Positions 36,706 to 47,453 of a DNA stretch of 64,000 bases are shown in pieces; the first letter of the stretch is position 1, and every line of letters begins with the position of its first letter. The notes under the pieces are model-generated. The model was given only the letters and a program-made list of their open reading frames with translations, was not told the origin of the DNA and searched no databases. The position numbers and the translations under genes are program-made. Origin of the DNA: Calditrichota bacterium (lineage in GTDB: Bacteria > Electryoneota > AABM5-125-24 > Hatepunaeales > Hatepunaeaceae); contig JABGPL010000004.1 of the NCBI GenBank assembly GCA_018644935.1, positions 13,741-77,740 of the forward strand. The letters are read 5' to 3'.

Positions 36706-37530
36706 CTACTTTATTAGATTGCCTATCCTATCCCAGCGAATTTTCTTATGGAGTTTGTTGAAAGGCATGAATTTATCCCAAGAGAAGTAAATCACTAATG
36801 CCTTTCCTATTACTTTTTCTCGTGGTAAAAATCCCCAATAGCGGCTGTCCTGAGAATTGTCCCGGTTATCCCCCATAACGAACAATTGCCCCTCTGGAAC
36901 TGTAACCGGACCGTAGTTGTCCTTATTGCGCCTCGTCAAATTAGTGGGATAAATCTGTGGATCTATGCTGCCTGCTGGCATTGTAAGCGAGCTGATAAAT
37001 TTTGAATGGGGTGGATTATCAAATGGTGCGCCATCAATATAAACCTGTTTATCGCGAATTTCGACGGTTTGCCCTTCCACCGCAATCAATCGTTTGATAT
37101 AAGAAAGATTTGGATCTCGTGGGTACCTGAATACAATTACATCACCGGGCTCAGGTTCTTTGATTGACGGCATACGGAAAAACGGCACGAAAAAGCCCAT
37201 TCTAGTAAACGGGACGCCTATCCAGTCAGGTGATCTGACGCCATAAACGAACTTATTAACGAGCAGGAAATCCCCTACCAACATCGTGTCTTCCATGCTG
37301 CTCGTGGGAATTCTGAATGCTTCAACCACCGCCAGTCGAATAAAGAAAACGACAACAACAATGGATACAACGAGCTCAACCCACTCTCGAACAGGATTAT
37401 GCTTCAGCATCTCCCTGTGTTGGGTGCGCCAATCTACATATTTCATCCAGAGTGATCTGGAGTCTCCATTTTCGGAATTCGTCTTTATCTCATTTCCGGC
37501 CGGATGATCCGATTTTTCTTGATTTCCCAC
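36706..37530 (-). CDS. lepB: Signal peptidase I
   Basis: Ser box PTSSMEDTML, Lys box YIKRLIAVEGQTVEI, and GDNRDNSQDSRYWGFLP. Confidence 0.9.
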   Translation of the reverse strand: MGNQEKSDHPAGNEIKTNSENGDSRSLWMKYVDWRTQHREMLKHNPVREWVELVVSIVVVVFFIRLAVVEAFRIPTSSMEDTMLVGDFLLVNKFVYGVRSPDWIGVPFTRMGFFVPFFRMPSIKEPEPGDVIVFRYPRDPNLSYIKRLIAVEGQTVEIRDKQVYIDGAPFDNPPHSKFISSLTMPAGSIDPQIYPTNLTRRNKDNYGPVTVPEGQLFVMGDNRDNSQDSRYWGFLPREKVIGKALVIYFSWDKFMPFNKLHKKIRWDRIGNLIK

Positions 37531-37633
37531 TTTTTTTCCTATTTAAATATCTGCCGTTGCAATCACTTTGTATATATTACGATTTACACAAAGTAAAGTT
37601 CCATAAAATTGTTATTTAAATTTCATAGACAGT

Positions 37634-38401
37634 TTATCGCAGGGGCTCTTTGATCGCCTCGACAAACACCCAGACCTGCTTATTTTTTTTATCTAAAGCA
37701 CGACCAACAGTCTTGTAACCTGCAATTGCGACATCTGTTTTATTGACTGTCACATCGACCATTTGATTGTCCATTTTTTGCCGAAAATGGTGGACTTCGC
37801 TGGCGATTGAATATGCTGCGTCAATCCGAGCAGCTCTTTCAGCTTCCTGCCAACTCAGATTTTGATAATATGATGTCCTGCATGTCCCTGAACCACACGC
37901 CTGAAGATCGTTCTCTTCGAGGCATTTCCGTGCTTTTTCAACAGTTGGTGATGGAGTGATTTTGTTGTCAACATCTACCATACCTGTACCGACAAGAACA
38001 ACAATGTATTTTCCACAGCGAACCGAATCAATGTGAATTACGGCTTGAGTAAAGTTATCCAACCCTGTTTCGTTTGTATGAAACTCAGCAACTTCTCCAA
38101 GCGAGAATGAACCGACAGGTCCGGATCCCTGTGCTCGCTCACCCGTAACTCTGCATCCGCGATCTACATAGAGGCGTTTTGCCGCATCAGCAAATGCCTC
38201 TTCATAGCTGGCTTCCATATTCCTGACATAACTCTGAGCGAAACCGATGGCTAAGTGAATTCCACCCACATCTGGTGTCTCCCAAAACCAACGGGGCATT
38301 AATTGGTCATCTCCCCCCACTGCCAGGTTAACCAATGTCAAAGTTATTGTGATAATTACGATAAGGCGACAAACTGAAAGCGATCTTCGACGAATTTTCA
38401 A
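37634..38401 (-). CDS. Secreted hypothetical protein, LPP20-like N-terminal module
   Basis: TTG start with a hydrophobic leader. It carries PRWFWETPDVGG...AIGFA...EEAFADAAKRL, a pattern shared with the two neighbouring lipoproteins. Confidence 0.45.
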   Translation of the reverse strand: MKIRRRSLSVCRLIVIITITLTLVNLAVGGDDQLMPRWFWETPDVGGIHLAIGFAQSYVRNMEASYEEAFADAAKRLYVDRGCRVTGERAQGSGPVGSFSLGEVAEFHTNETGLDNFTQAVIHIDSVRCGKYIVVLVGTGMVDVDNKITPSPTVEKARKCLEENDLQACGSGTCRTSYYQNLSWQEAERAARIDAAYSIASEVHHFRQKMDNQMVDVTVNKTDVAIAGYKTVGRALDKKNKQVWVFVEAIKEPLR

Positions 38402-38634
38402 AATCTAATCCTGCATTAACAACTTTACCCATAAATAAGTAGAAGGGGAAATACACAGAGTAATTCCCCTTCAAAATGTCATTCGTTTTGCAAAATACAT
38501 GGCGGACAAACGCAGTTAGTTTTGGCAATATTATCTGCATTCCCGGCATCCTGCTCTCGCTGGATGGTCAAACAGGAATGTTCAACCTACTGTTAAACAA
38601 TTTGGTTTTATCCATCATCTCAACGGAGTTGGGA

Positions 38635-39213
38635 TTAGTTATTCTGCTTGAATTCCTCGAACTTCTCTACTTCTTTTTCCATTTCCTCGAATGCCTGACT
38701 TGAGCGGAATCGGGTATAGAGCTCCTCTTTTTTCTTGAGGTTGTTCATTAATGCTTCAGCACTTTCACCAATCGGGTATTTGAACAGGACAAAAACCTGT
38801 TTCATCCGACCATCTTGACGGACATCGATTTCCACCTGCTTTATGCCCCTGAGAGTTGTGGCGACAACTTCTTTGGTGGCAGAAGAGAATTGATCAAGCA
38901 TTTGAGATGCGTCGTCAGCACCCATAATCTCTTCCTGGAATCGCTTTGTAAGATTGTTCAATCTCACTTCTTGCTGTTTGGCAATTGCTGTGCGCGCTGC
39001 TGTGTTCGCTTTTTCTTTAGCCATGCCAATATCTGAAGATCTGCCCTCACCCGTTCCCCATAGATGATCCGGGTCATCCGGCGGTGTCAGATACCAATCG
39101 GGAAGATTCATGGAATTGTTCTGTTCCTGCACGGGAGGCGCAGAACCACCACATCCCCACATAGTCATGCTTACAAACAACATTACGACTGCTAAGCAAA
39201 TTAATCTTTTCAT
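38635..39213 (-). CDS. LPP20-like lipoprotein
   Basis: Lipobox MWGCGG, followed by PDWYLTPPDD...WGTGEGRSSDIGMAKEKANTAARTAIAKQQEV. Confidence 0.5.
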   Translation of the reverse strand: MKRLICLAVVMLFVSMTMWGCGGSAPPVQEQNNSMNLPDWYLTPPDDPDHLWGTGEGRSSDIGMAKEKANTAARTAIAKQQEVRLNNLTKRFQEEIMGADDASQMLDQFSSATKEVVATTLRGIKQVEIDVRQDGRMKQVFVLFKYPIGESAEALMNNLKKKEELYTRFRSSQAFEEMEKEVEKFEEFKQNN

Positions 39214-39492
39214 TGTAACTCCTCTTACTTTGAGTGTTGTAAGAACCTTAAAACTTCATTGTGATCTTCACCTGTTGAATGACTCTTATTCAGGTGAGAT
39301 TACGTATTTATTTCAAACTAAAAACTTGTACAGGTTTCACTGCTTCCCGTATAATTAATATATGTATTTATCTATGACAAACCATCATATGCAGGTTACT
39401 GGCGAAAAAATTTTGGTTTCGGTACATCAACAATGCCCTTGAATTTAATCCTCAAAACTACAGCCCTGGATTGTCAGTTACAGCCTGCTTGA

Positions 39493-41007
39493 TCACTCCG
39501 CCAAATGTGATTGCGATTCTCTTATCTTTTTAATTAGATCTTTAGCTGTTTTTAAATCGTTTCCGGTTGTAACCTTCGATAAATGTCTCATAGCTTCACG
39601 GTATTTACCTTTATCATAGTATGCTTTGCCTTTTTTATATTCTTCCTTTGAGGTTTTTGCATTTACCTGATCGAGCTTTTCGCCAGCATCAGCCAGCAAT
39701 TTTGCCATTTGCTTCTTGCCAATTTTCAACTTCTTATAAGATTTTCTAATCGCTTTCTTCTCTGATCTCTTGTCCAGTCCATTCGCTGAGACAGAAATGC
39801 TGCCTACTGACTCATTCGAAGCCTTTACCTTCAGGAATAGGTCAAGTTCGGTTTTTGCCTGATACATCTTCCCGTCAAATCCGTCAATCTCGTTCGCTTC
39901 AATCGGTACCATTTTGCCTGTAAGCAAAAATGGAGCATCTTCATTGATATAATGCCCAAGCTTGGTAACCGATTTGGCTATCGTGCTCTCAGCTTCCTCT
40001 ATTCTCTCACCTTTCTCATCTGTAATATTAATGGTGAAAGAAAGAGGCGTGGACTCAGATATGTCGAATTTGAATGCTACTTCGAGATCACTTAGATCTC
40101 TCTTGAAAACAGGAGGTATTTTGCGAGGGTCAAGTGAAATTGATGCTTTGCCCTTTTTATCCCCGAGAGCCTCAACCCAAAACTCGGTTGATCCGTTTTT
40201 ATCGGTGTACAACCGTTCACCTGTCTTTCGGTCTTCATCTTTAAGTCGTAACCGGACATCTGGCATTACGATTTCATTTTTACCGTAACACACCCTGACA
40301 ACTAACGGTTCTGCCAGAAGAGATCCATTTTTCCCGAGTTGCTTATCTCCAGATATCTTCTCGAGCTTGATTTTTCCGAGCACCTTTCTAACTTCTGAAA
40401 GAATTGCAGGTCCTGAAATGGCTTCGACGCCGTATGGGACAGGGGAGAAAGCATTGTACAGAGATGCTCTGGCAATAAGACCGGCGACAAGTTCGTCTGT
40501 TGTCATCAGCAATTCCAGTGCATCAAAGACTTTACCATCACCGAGCATCTCTTTACTGTCGTCCCTGATCTTTTGAATTACTGACCGCTTCTGATCGAGT
40601 TCGCCTCTCAAGTCGCGGAGGAAATCATCCTTGGAAATGGCGAGCATCACATAGTGATCTCCGCCGTTCTCTGCCTTATCAACGACCTGCGCACCTCGAA
40701 TAGAAACACTTGTGAATGACTTTGTCGCTGATCTAAATGTTTCGACAATATGCTCTCTGTCATCGACAATGTATGATTCAATGAAGGTCTGAGATTCAGC
40801 TTCGATCTTGATTTCAATCTGACCCGCGATATCCGCTCCGGCCTTTTCCTGTGCAGCATCATACGACGATCCTGTGCCGACACCGATAATGTGTGTCATT
40901 GGGTCGGCCCAATCATGTTCATTTGTAGTGAACCAAACAGGTGGTCCAGCTACAACGCAGCCAACAAGAAGAAAAAAAATGACCGCTATCAAACTTTTGT
41001 ATGCCAT
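39493..41007 (-). CDS. Lipoprotein with an LPP20-like N-terminal module and a long C-terminal extension ending in a TPR-like helix pair
   Basis: The likely start MAYKSLIAVIFFLLVGC is at 41007 (the ORF track starts at 41055). It carries VWFTTNEHDW...IGVGTGSSYDAAQEKAGADIAGQIEIKI. Confidence 0.5.
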   Translation of the reverse strand: MAYKSLIAVIFFLLVGCVVAGPPVWFTTNEHDWADPMTHIIGVGTGSSYDAAQEKAGADIAGQIEIKIEAESQTFIESYIVDDREHIVETFRSATKSFTSVSIRGAQVVDKAENGGDHYVMLAISKDDFLRDLRGELDQKRSVIQKIRDDSKEMLGDGKVFDALELLMTTDELVAGLIARASLYNAFSPVPYGVEAISGPAILSEVRKVLGKIKLEKISGDKQLGKNGSLLAEPLVVRVCYGKNEIVMPDVRLRLKDEDRKTGERLYTDKNGSTEFWVEALGDKKGKASISLDPRKIPPVFKRDLSDLEVAFKFDISESTPLSFTINITDEKGERIEEAESTIAKSVTKLGHYINEDAPFLLTGKMVPIEANEIDGFDGKMYQAKTELDLFLKVKASNESVGSISVSANGLDKRSEKKAIRKSYKKLKIGKKQMAKLLADAGEKLDQVNAKTSKEEYKKGKAYYDKGKYREAMRHLSKVTTGNDLKTAKDLIKKIRESQSHLAE

Positions 41008-41142
41008 AAACAACTCCGGATGTGGAGGTGAAGATTTAATAATTCTTGCTAACAAATTTATCAGATATGTTCAGCATCTCGATCGAAGGGACAAGTTCTT
41101 GCTCATCCCACCTTGTTTGTTATCACATCGAAAGGGAGCAGG

Positions 41143-42438
41143 CTACTCCATCTCTACTTTGAACATTAAAAGTTTCCCGGTTCGGTTTACTTCTCGCAGC
41201 ACACCGTCAGAATACTCTTGTTCAAACACTTTTCGGAACTTACGTGCGAGCTTTGAAGGTTTCGCATATTTCTCATTGTCAACCCAGATCAAATAATCGA
41301 GCGTCTGATCAGTCGCGACAACTTCTTTATATCTCTCATTCTTCGTGATCTGGTCAAGTATCTCAGCAAAAACATCCTGAATATCTGTAACTTCATCCTT
41401 ATCAAAATCAGTTGAAATACTTACGATCACTTTATACTGAAGACCATTCCTGATGTCCTCTTTCCAGTATGCAGTAACGAGGCTCAACACCTTATCGATT
41501 CCATCTGCAACAGCGTTCTCAATCAACACCAATTCAGGATCGGTCGTCGATGGTGAATATCCGGTGGCTGAGCCGAGCAAACGGGAGGTTGTTGTCTCGT
41601 AGGCATTGACATTTACAATGGCCTTTTTGGTTCCAAATTTATCATCCGCGACATTGGTCTTAAACGTGATGTATATATCACTGCCAATCGACAAGGCTAA
41701 CTGATATGAGTAGTCTTCCTCAACATCACCCAAAGATTGTTGGGCAGCCGAAATGTCAGCTATCGTTGACATCTGCTCCGGAAGAACGACATCATATTTC
41801 TTTGTAGCAAGATATTCCTTAATTACCGTTGCACTGTGCTGAAGCTTCGGGTCAGATTGAAGAACATCAATGGGATTCTTTCCTTTCTTGACCTCAGGCA
41901 GAACCATTATGTTTGGCAATCCCATTTCATCGACAAGTCCAGCTTTCATGACGCCTCTGGCAACAAGGACTTCCTGAATTGCTTCCCGGTTTACTTTAAA
42001 GGCTTTTTCAATCAATAGCTCATATTTCTTTTTCTTTTTAATTTCACGCTTGGTGCGTTTGAGAAGTTCCGTACCTTCCCAGGTAATAAATTTACGGAGA
42101 TTTTCCAGTTCAAAAAAGGGTTCTTGAATTTCACTAAAGGCGAGTTTTTCTTCTGCTTGAGTCAAAAGTGGAGTTGTTCCCCCGAGGATAACGAAGTATA
42201 CTGCTGTTCTGCGAGCATCATCTTCCGCACTTTTCAGCAGATAATTCTCCCGGTCTCTTGATTTGGAGTCCCCTTTTTCCCAGATCCCAGTTCCGCCAGC
42301 GTAGACCATTAATTCCATCGGGTTAGCGGACTCAATAAGTGTGCCTTGCTTGGAACGAGGCTTGTTACTGCCGTCTATTTCAAATGCCATGCCTGATATC
42401 AGACAGACTATCAACGCAGAAATTATCCACCGAGTCAT
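41143..42438 (-). CDS. Secreted hypothetical protein (431 aa)
   Basis: It has an N-terminal signal-like helix. I recognise no catalytic motif. Confidence 0.45.
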   Translation of the reverse strand: MTRWIISALIVCLISGMAFEIDGSNKPRSKQGTLIESANPMELMVYAGGTGIWEKGDSKSRDRENYLLKSAEDDARRTAVYFVILGGTTPLLTQAEEKLAFSEIQEPFFELENLRKFITWEGTELLKRTKREIKKKKKYELLIEKAFKVNREAIQEVLVARGVMKAGLVDEMGLPNIMVLPEVKKGKNPIDVLQSDPKLQHSATVIKEYLATKKYDVVLPEQMSTIADISAAQQSLGDVEEDYSYQLALSIGSDIYITFKTNVADDKFGTKKAIVNVNAYETTTSRLLGSATGYSPSTTDPELVLIENAVADGIDKVLSLVTAYWKEDIRNGLQYKVIVSISTDFDKDEVTDIQDVFAEILDQITKNERYKEVVATDQTLDYLIWVDNEKYAKPSKLARKFRKVFEQEYSDGVLREVNRTGKLLMFKVEME

Positions 42439-42570
42439 TATATTTCCTCCTGTAGAAATTTACAAATTTCAGAAATATCTCAAAAATCTAATAGTCACCT
42501 CGTCCAGAGTCAACATGAACAGAGTAGCTATTTTTTATTATACTCACCAAATGGTAAGAAGTTCATCACA

Positions 42571-43743
42571 TCACTCCCGTGCTTCCCAATAGCGTTGAAC
42601 GCCTTTAATCGCACGAAACAATCCGAAAATGCCTGCAACATTCATAATGAAAAAATGATACACCGATGTTGCTATAAAAAACCTCTTACCGAGCATATCC
42701 GAAATTCCACCCACCAGAGCGATCAGCAGTACAGAGCCAATTACCTTTACTGAGACCTGATAAAACTGACAATAATCACTCAAGACAAGGCTGGAAATGG
42801 CTGCAAATAGAAATAGAAAAGGACTAATCCACCGCAACACTTTATAGCAAATCACGAGAACGAAATCAAGCATACCCGCTTTCCAACCAAGACGTAAAAC
42901 TCGAGGAATACTTAAGAAATTATATGCAGCCATCCTGATCCTGCGATGATATTCTTCATTTATCGTTGCGAGAGTTTCCTCTGTCGCAATTGCATCGGGG
43001 ACCATGACAACTTTATAGCCTTGCGCCCTAACTTCCAGTGGAATAACGAGATCGTCATGAACAGGAATTTTTCCTAAAGGGCGAAATAATGATTTCCTGA
43101 TCGAATAGAAACCTCCGAATGCACCAATAACCCTACCCAGCTTACTCAATCCAACTTTTATTGATGTCTCGTATCCGACAAATTGACCCTCACCTTCGAC
43201 ATTTTTTCCAGTTGAAGGTGGAATACGTTTTAACACTCCGCATGCAGATCCAATCCGAGAGTCAGCATATGGTTGAATTAGCTTTCTAATAGCATTTTTC
43301 TTGAATTCCACATTTGCATCAGTAATAATCACAATTTCATGTTTTGCCTGGGGAATCAAGGAATCCAAAATGCCGAACTTGCCGCTTCTTTCGGGCATGT
43401 CAATAAGTTCAACACCTCGTTCTGCATATGATTGCACAATTTCTGAAGTTCGATCTGATGATTGATCAGAAGCAACCAAAATTTGAAGACGATTTTTGGG
43501 ATAGTCGCTTTCGAGAAGGTTTTCAATCCTTGCACCGATATACTTCTCTTCATTGTAGGCCGGAACCAGAACTGTGATTGAAGGTAGTTTGTTTTCTTCA
43601 AAAACAGGTTTAGTGGTTTTTGGACCGGAAAACCATGGTGCAAAAATTCTCAGGTATATGAAAGGAATACCAATATATGTGATGAATACACCAAAAAACG
43701 CAATCCAGAATGCGATTGATGCGACTATCTGAATGTTGTTCAT
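42571..43743 (-). CDS. Membrane-embedded family-2 glycosyltransferase (synthase-like topology)
   Basis: It has an N-terminal TM, the GT2 core SITVLVPAYNEE...ASDQSSDRT...ITDANV, a divergent QxxRW-position motif HRRIRM, and C-terminal TM helices. Its start overlaps the TPR gene stop by 4 nt. Confidence 0.8.
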   Translation of the reverse strand: MNNIQIVASIAFWIAFFGVFITYIGIPFIYLRIFAPWFSGPKTTKPVFEENKLPSITVLVPAYNEEKYIGARIENLLESDYPKNRLQILVASDQSSDRTSEIVQSYAERGVELIDMPERSGKFGILDSLIPQAKHEIVIITDANVEFKKNAIRKLIQPYADSRIGSACGVLKRIPPSTGKNVEGEGQFVGYETSIKVGLSKLGRVIGAFGGFYSIRKSLFRPLGKIPVHDDLVIPLEVRAQGYKVVMVPDAIATEETLATINEEYHRRIRMAAYNFLSIPRVLRLGWKAGMLDFVLVICYKVLRWISPFLFLFAAISSLVLSDYCQFYQVSVKVIGSVLLIALVGGISDMLGKRFFIATSVYHFFIMNVAGIFGLFRAIKGVQRYWEARE

Positions 43744-46700
43744 GGCAAAGTATTAACAATCTCGTCGGCTAATTGACCCCAGTGATCGGCACCATGAGTT
43801 GATTTGACTCGCTCAAGTAGTCTTTTCGCATCGGGGGTTTTGTCTTGATCGACCATTAATCGGGCTGCTTCAATCTGCGCATTCGCTATCCAGTCAATAT
43901 AGGCTTCAAACAGATATTGCACTTTCAGATAACCATCAATCGCTTCCTGTGTTCTGCCAGAGCGAGATAAAATCCGACCCGTTTCAAACTGAGCCTCGGC
44001 TCCAACTTCATCTGAGCGCTCAACAGAAATGTGAGTTACGCGTTCCAAAGCCTCTTCATTGCGGCCGAGATCCGATAAAGCTCGTGCAGTTTCAACTACA
44101 GCTCTCGCAGAAATTGGGTCCAATGATTTTTTGTCGATTAGAAGCTTCAGCAGTTCTACCGTCTGCTCTGGTTTCCCAATTTTTCGCAGAATGGTTCCCT
44201 CAAGAAGTCTAGCCTCACGAGCGATCCCAGCTATTGGGTGATCTGTTCGAATTCTCACAAATAAGGGTAATGCAGCTGTTGTGTCCTTGAGTCCCATCTG
44301 AATCTGCCCTGAGAAAAATAATGCCTGCGGGGTCAGCGGGTGATTTGAAAATCGGTTGATCAAATCTGTCCAGGTGAGGAGAGCTTTTGTTGAATCTGCG
44401 GCACCGAGATGGGCTCTACCCTTCCACAGAAATGCAGCCGGAGTCAGCTCACTATCAGGGTATCGCTGAATCAACCTGTCATATGCACCAGCCGCATGCA
44501 GGTAGTCTCCATTATTATACAGAAGATCACCAATACGCATAGCAAGATCATCCACTAATGGACTCTCAGGGTTGTTCTCAGCAAACTGATCGGCAACCTG
44601 CATAGCCCGATCCATATCTCCAAGCTGAACAGCACACCACTGCAATCCACTGATCGCATCTCCAACAATCGGCGAGTTTGGGAAATCGTTTATTACTTTC
44701 TCATACCCATCTGCGGCTTCATTAAATCGCTTCATATTATAAAGTGCATCTGCATAACCATAAGCTGCTTGAGGTAAATATGGAGAAAATGTCTGAGTAT
44801 AGGTTGAAATGAAAAACTCGTAATTATCAGCAGCTTCCTGGAAACGTTCCGCTCTGAAAAGGGCCCACCCTATCATATACATCGCGTCATCCCCAAGCTC
44901 TGACTCGGGATAAGCTTCAGAATGGAAAGTAAAAGCACCTGCAGCTTCGCTGAATCGGCCAAGCTTAAGAAGAGTTACTGCCCATTGATAGTGCGCCCGA
45001 CGTTGCTCTTCTCCTTCCGGATATCTTGTATAAAATCTCCTGTATGCCTCTTCAGCTCGTTTGTAATCCTTTGCACTGAAACGACTGTCGGCAATTCTTA
45101 GCTCAGCATCAAGTGCATATTTACTGGATGGATATTTTTTAATAAATTCGGAAAAAACGTCTGCAGCTGACCCAAAATCACCATTTTTATACAGAGCCCA
45201 TCCTCGACCATATTGGGCTTCTTCAACCATTGCACTTTCCGGGAAACGTTGAGCCAGCGCGCGATAAGCAGACTCAGCACCACGCGGATCACCGGCGTTA
45301 TACCGTGTTTCACCCAACCAGAACAGTGCGTCCTGAATACGGTCTGAATTGGGATATTTCTCAATCAGGTCTTCGTAGTATTTTGCAGCCTGTTTAAATT
45401 CCCCGGTACGGTGAGATAAATACCCGACTGAAAACAACATCTCTTCTTCATCTTCGGGTAATGGGTCTAAACCTAATCCAATTTTGCAGACTTCGAGAGC
45501 CTGGATATCTTCTCCTTCGGACTGTAGTGCTGCTCCCAGAAGCCTATAAACTCTGGCTCGGGATGGTTTATCCATCGGGGCCTGTACTGCAACTTCGAGT
45601 GTCTTTGCTGAGCCTTTATAATCCCCCAACCGATAAAGTTCCCTCCCAACTTCAGTTAATGACATACCCGCTTCGGGTGACAGTGGCCACTCGTTAGCAA
45701 CTCGACGCCATAAATTAAGGGCTCCCTCATCATTCCCAGCTTTCGACATCGTTGATGCAGCCTCATACATTGCCTGAGGTGCGAGATCATTTTTAGGGAA
45801 TTGGTCTGCAACCAGAGAGAACCACCTGCCAGCCTCGGAAAATAGTTCTTCTTTGGATGCAATCCAACCCAGAGCAAACATTGCCTGAGGTGCAGGATCC
45901 GATGTAGAATCGGCTGCAATGACCTTTAAATAATACACTCTGGCTTCGGCGCCATTATTATTCTCGAAATTGATCTCACCAAGGAGGAAATTCGCATGGC
46001 GTTTTATTTCATCCCCAACCCGACTGCTGACAACCTTTTCAAGCAATTCTCCAGCACCTGGTGAATCTCCTGTTTTATGGCGGAGAAATCCTGCACGATA
46101 CAGAGCCGATGGTGTGGATTCTGCATCGGGGTATCGTGTCCAGACAACATAATAAGCAGCAAGGGCTGATTCCGAATCACCACGTTGCTCATGGATAAAA
46201 CCCGTTGAATATGCCGCCCACGGGGTGTAATGATGTTCGGGATATCTTTCAACAAGATTGCGGTAATGTTTTAAGGCTGAGGATGTATCACTCTCTAATA
46301 GAGCGGATTCTCCCATCCAATATACTGCATCTGGTACCAATGGGCTATTTGGGTATTTGGAGTGAAGCGTTGAAAGAGTGTTCAGAGCATCATGAGAATT
46401 CCCTGATTCAAATGAAGCTTGACCTAACCTTAACATTGCTTCATCGACAAGTTCTGAAAAGGGATACTTCGTAATGAAACTGTCCATAGCATTCCGACAG
46501 CCTTGCCAGGCTCTAAGTTGAAAATGACATTCACCCAGCAGGTAAAGAGCCTGAGGAGCCCGATCAGCGTCTTGCCAACGGGTAAGATACTCACTAAACC
46601 GAGAGGCTGCTCTTTCAAATTGACCATCCCGATATAAACCGACACCGTATGCAAATTCTTTGTCTGCCTCAGCATTGGCAAATGCTGAACCAGTAAGGAT

Positions 46701-46784
46701 GCACAGCAATAAAATCATTGCTAAATGCAGACGGACGGAAACAGATATCTTGTGAATATTGTTCAAATTTTGAGAAGGATTCAA
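43740..46784 (-). CDS. Exported 1014-aa tetratricopeptide (YbgF/CpoB-type TPR) repeat protein
   Basis: It has a signal peptide (ILLLCILTGSAFANA). Dozens of units of the type ALYxLGExxxxxGDxxxAxxxFxxxxxxYPxS follow. Confidence 0.85.
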   Translation of the reverse strand: MNPSQNLNNIHKISVSVRLHLAMILLLCILTGSAFANAEADKEFAYGVGLYRDGQFERAASRFSEYLTRWQDADRAPQALYLLGECHFQLRAWQGCRNAMDSFITKYPFSELVDEAMLRLGQASFESGNSHDALNTLSTLHSKYPNSPLVPDAVYWMGESALLESDTSSALKHYRNLVERYPEHHYTPWAAYSTGFIHEQRGDSESALAAYYVVWTRYPDAESTPSALYRAGFLRHKTGDSPGAGELLEKVVSSRVGDEIKRHANFLLGEINFENNNGAEARVYYLKVIAADSTSDPAPQAMFALGWIASKEELFSEAGRWFSLVADQFPKNDLAPQAMYEAASTMSKAGNDEGALNLWRRVANEWPLSPEAGMSLTEVGRELYRLGDYKGSAKTLEVAVQAPMDKPSRARVYRLLGAALQSEGEDIQALEVCKIGLGLDPLPEDEEEMLFSVGYLSHRTGEFKQAAKYYEDLIEKYPNSDRIQDALFWLGETRYNAGDPRGAESAYRALAQRFPESAMVEEAQYGRGWALYKNGDFGSAADVFSEFIKKYPSSKYALDAELRIADSRFSAKDYKRAEEAYRRFYTRYPEGEEQRRAHYQWAVTLLKLGRFSEAAGAFTFHSEAYPESELGDDAMYMIGWALFRAERFQEAADNYEFFISTYTQTFSPYLPQAAYGYADALYNMKRFNEAADGYEKVINDFPNSPIVGDAISGLQWCAVQLGDMDRAMQVADQFAENNPESPLVDDLAMRIGDLLYNNGDYLHAAGAYDRLIQRYPDSELTPAAFLWKGRAHLGAADSTKALLTWTDLINRFSNHPLTPQALFFSGQIQMGLKDTTAALPLFVRIRTDHPIAGIAREARLLEGTILRKIGKPEQTVELLKLLIDKKSLDPISARAVVETARALSDLGRNEEALERVTHISVERSDEVGAEAQFETGRILSRSGRTQEAIDGYLKVQYLFEAYIDWIANAQIEAARLMVDQDKTPDAKRLLERVKSTHGADHWGQLADEIVNTLP

Positions 46785-46931
46785 AGCGTTATGCTATCTG
46801 TTGTTTTTGTTCGGAAAATGTGGATATAAGTGGTACAATTCACAAGAAGAAAAGTTCCACTTTTATACCCGTTGTAATATAGGCTGTCCATAGAGATGTG
46901 TCAAGTAACAGGCCTGTGCAATTATCCACAT

Positions 46932-46951
46932 ATTACACAGATTTCGCAGAG
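46932..46951 (+). repeat. CAGATTAC-type repeat, left inverted copy
   Basis: ATTACACAGATTTCGCAGAG is the perfect reverse complement of 47454..47473. Confidence 0.85.
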
Positions 46952-46994
46952 TATATTTGTCTACATACGCAAACTCACTTAGGCAAATCACAAA

Positions 46995-47024
46995 ATTCTG
47001 TGTAATCTATGTAATCTACGGATC
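46995..47024 (-). repeat. CAGATTAC-type repeat, variant copy at the 3' end of the pseudogene
   Basis: The minus strand reads GATCCGTAGATTACATAGATTACACAGAAT, which is related to the 47454..47484 copy. Confidence 0.7.
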
Positions 47025-47402
47025 TACTTTATAGTGAATATGAAACGCTTTCGCTGAAGCGACTCTGCTCCGAATTTCAGGAGAATACCGGTTTCAAAGT
47101 CCACCGCTTTTAGACAATTCAATACCAGTGCCTCTTCAATACCCCCCCAACTGTTTCATGGCCCTTAACTCAACAACCAGCTATTCATAAAAAATATAAT
47201 CTGCGCGATAATATGTGCTTAGATGATATCCTTTACAAAAGACTGGCAGCTCAACTTCTTTATTAAAAGGAATATCCCGGGTTTCTAACTCAATTGCCAA
47301 TGCTTCCAGATTAACTGCCTCTAGAAACTCATACCCCAATTGCTTATGCACCTCCTGTGCCGTCTCAATAATCTAATAAGTCCTCGAATCTCTAATATCC
47401 AT
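47016..47402 (-). pseudogene. Decayed GxxExxY-family (PD-(D/E)XK nuclease superfamily) gene
   Basis: A single frame reads MDIRDSRTY*IIETAQEVHKQLGYEFLEAVNLEALAIELETRDIPFNKEVELPVFCKGYHLSTYYRADYIFYE*LVVELRAMKQLGGY*RGTGIELSKSGGL*NRYSPEI.... It has four in-frame stops and a degraded GxxExxY motif. GGAGGA precedes the ATG. Confidence 0.7.
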
Positions 47403-47453
47403 ATAATACTCCTCCAAGATTCATCCACAGATTGCGCCGTTTATAAAACTATT

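Noticed and set aside
47016-47402. Four in-frame stop codons without any frameshift in the GxxExxY-like frame could hint at stop-codon reassignment.
   Set aside because: All other genes in the window terminate normally at TAA, TAG or TGA with sensible lengths. The diagnostic GxxExxY Tyr is also lost. Simple pseudogenisation is the economical explanation.
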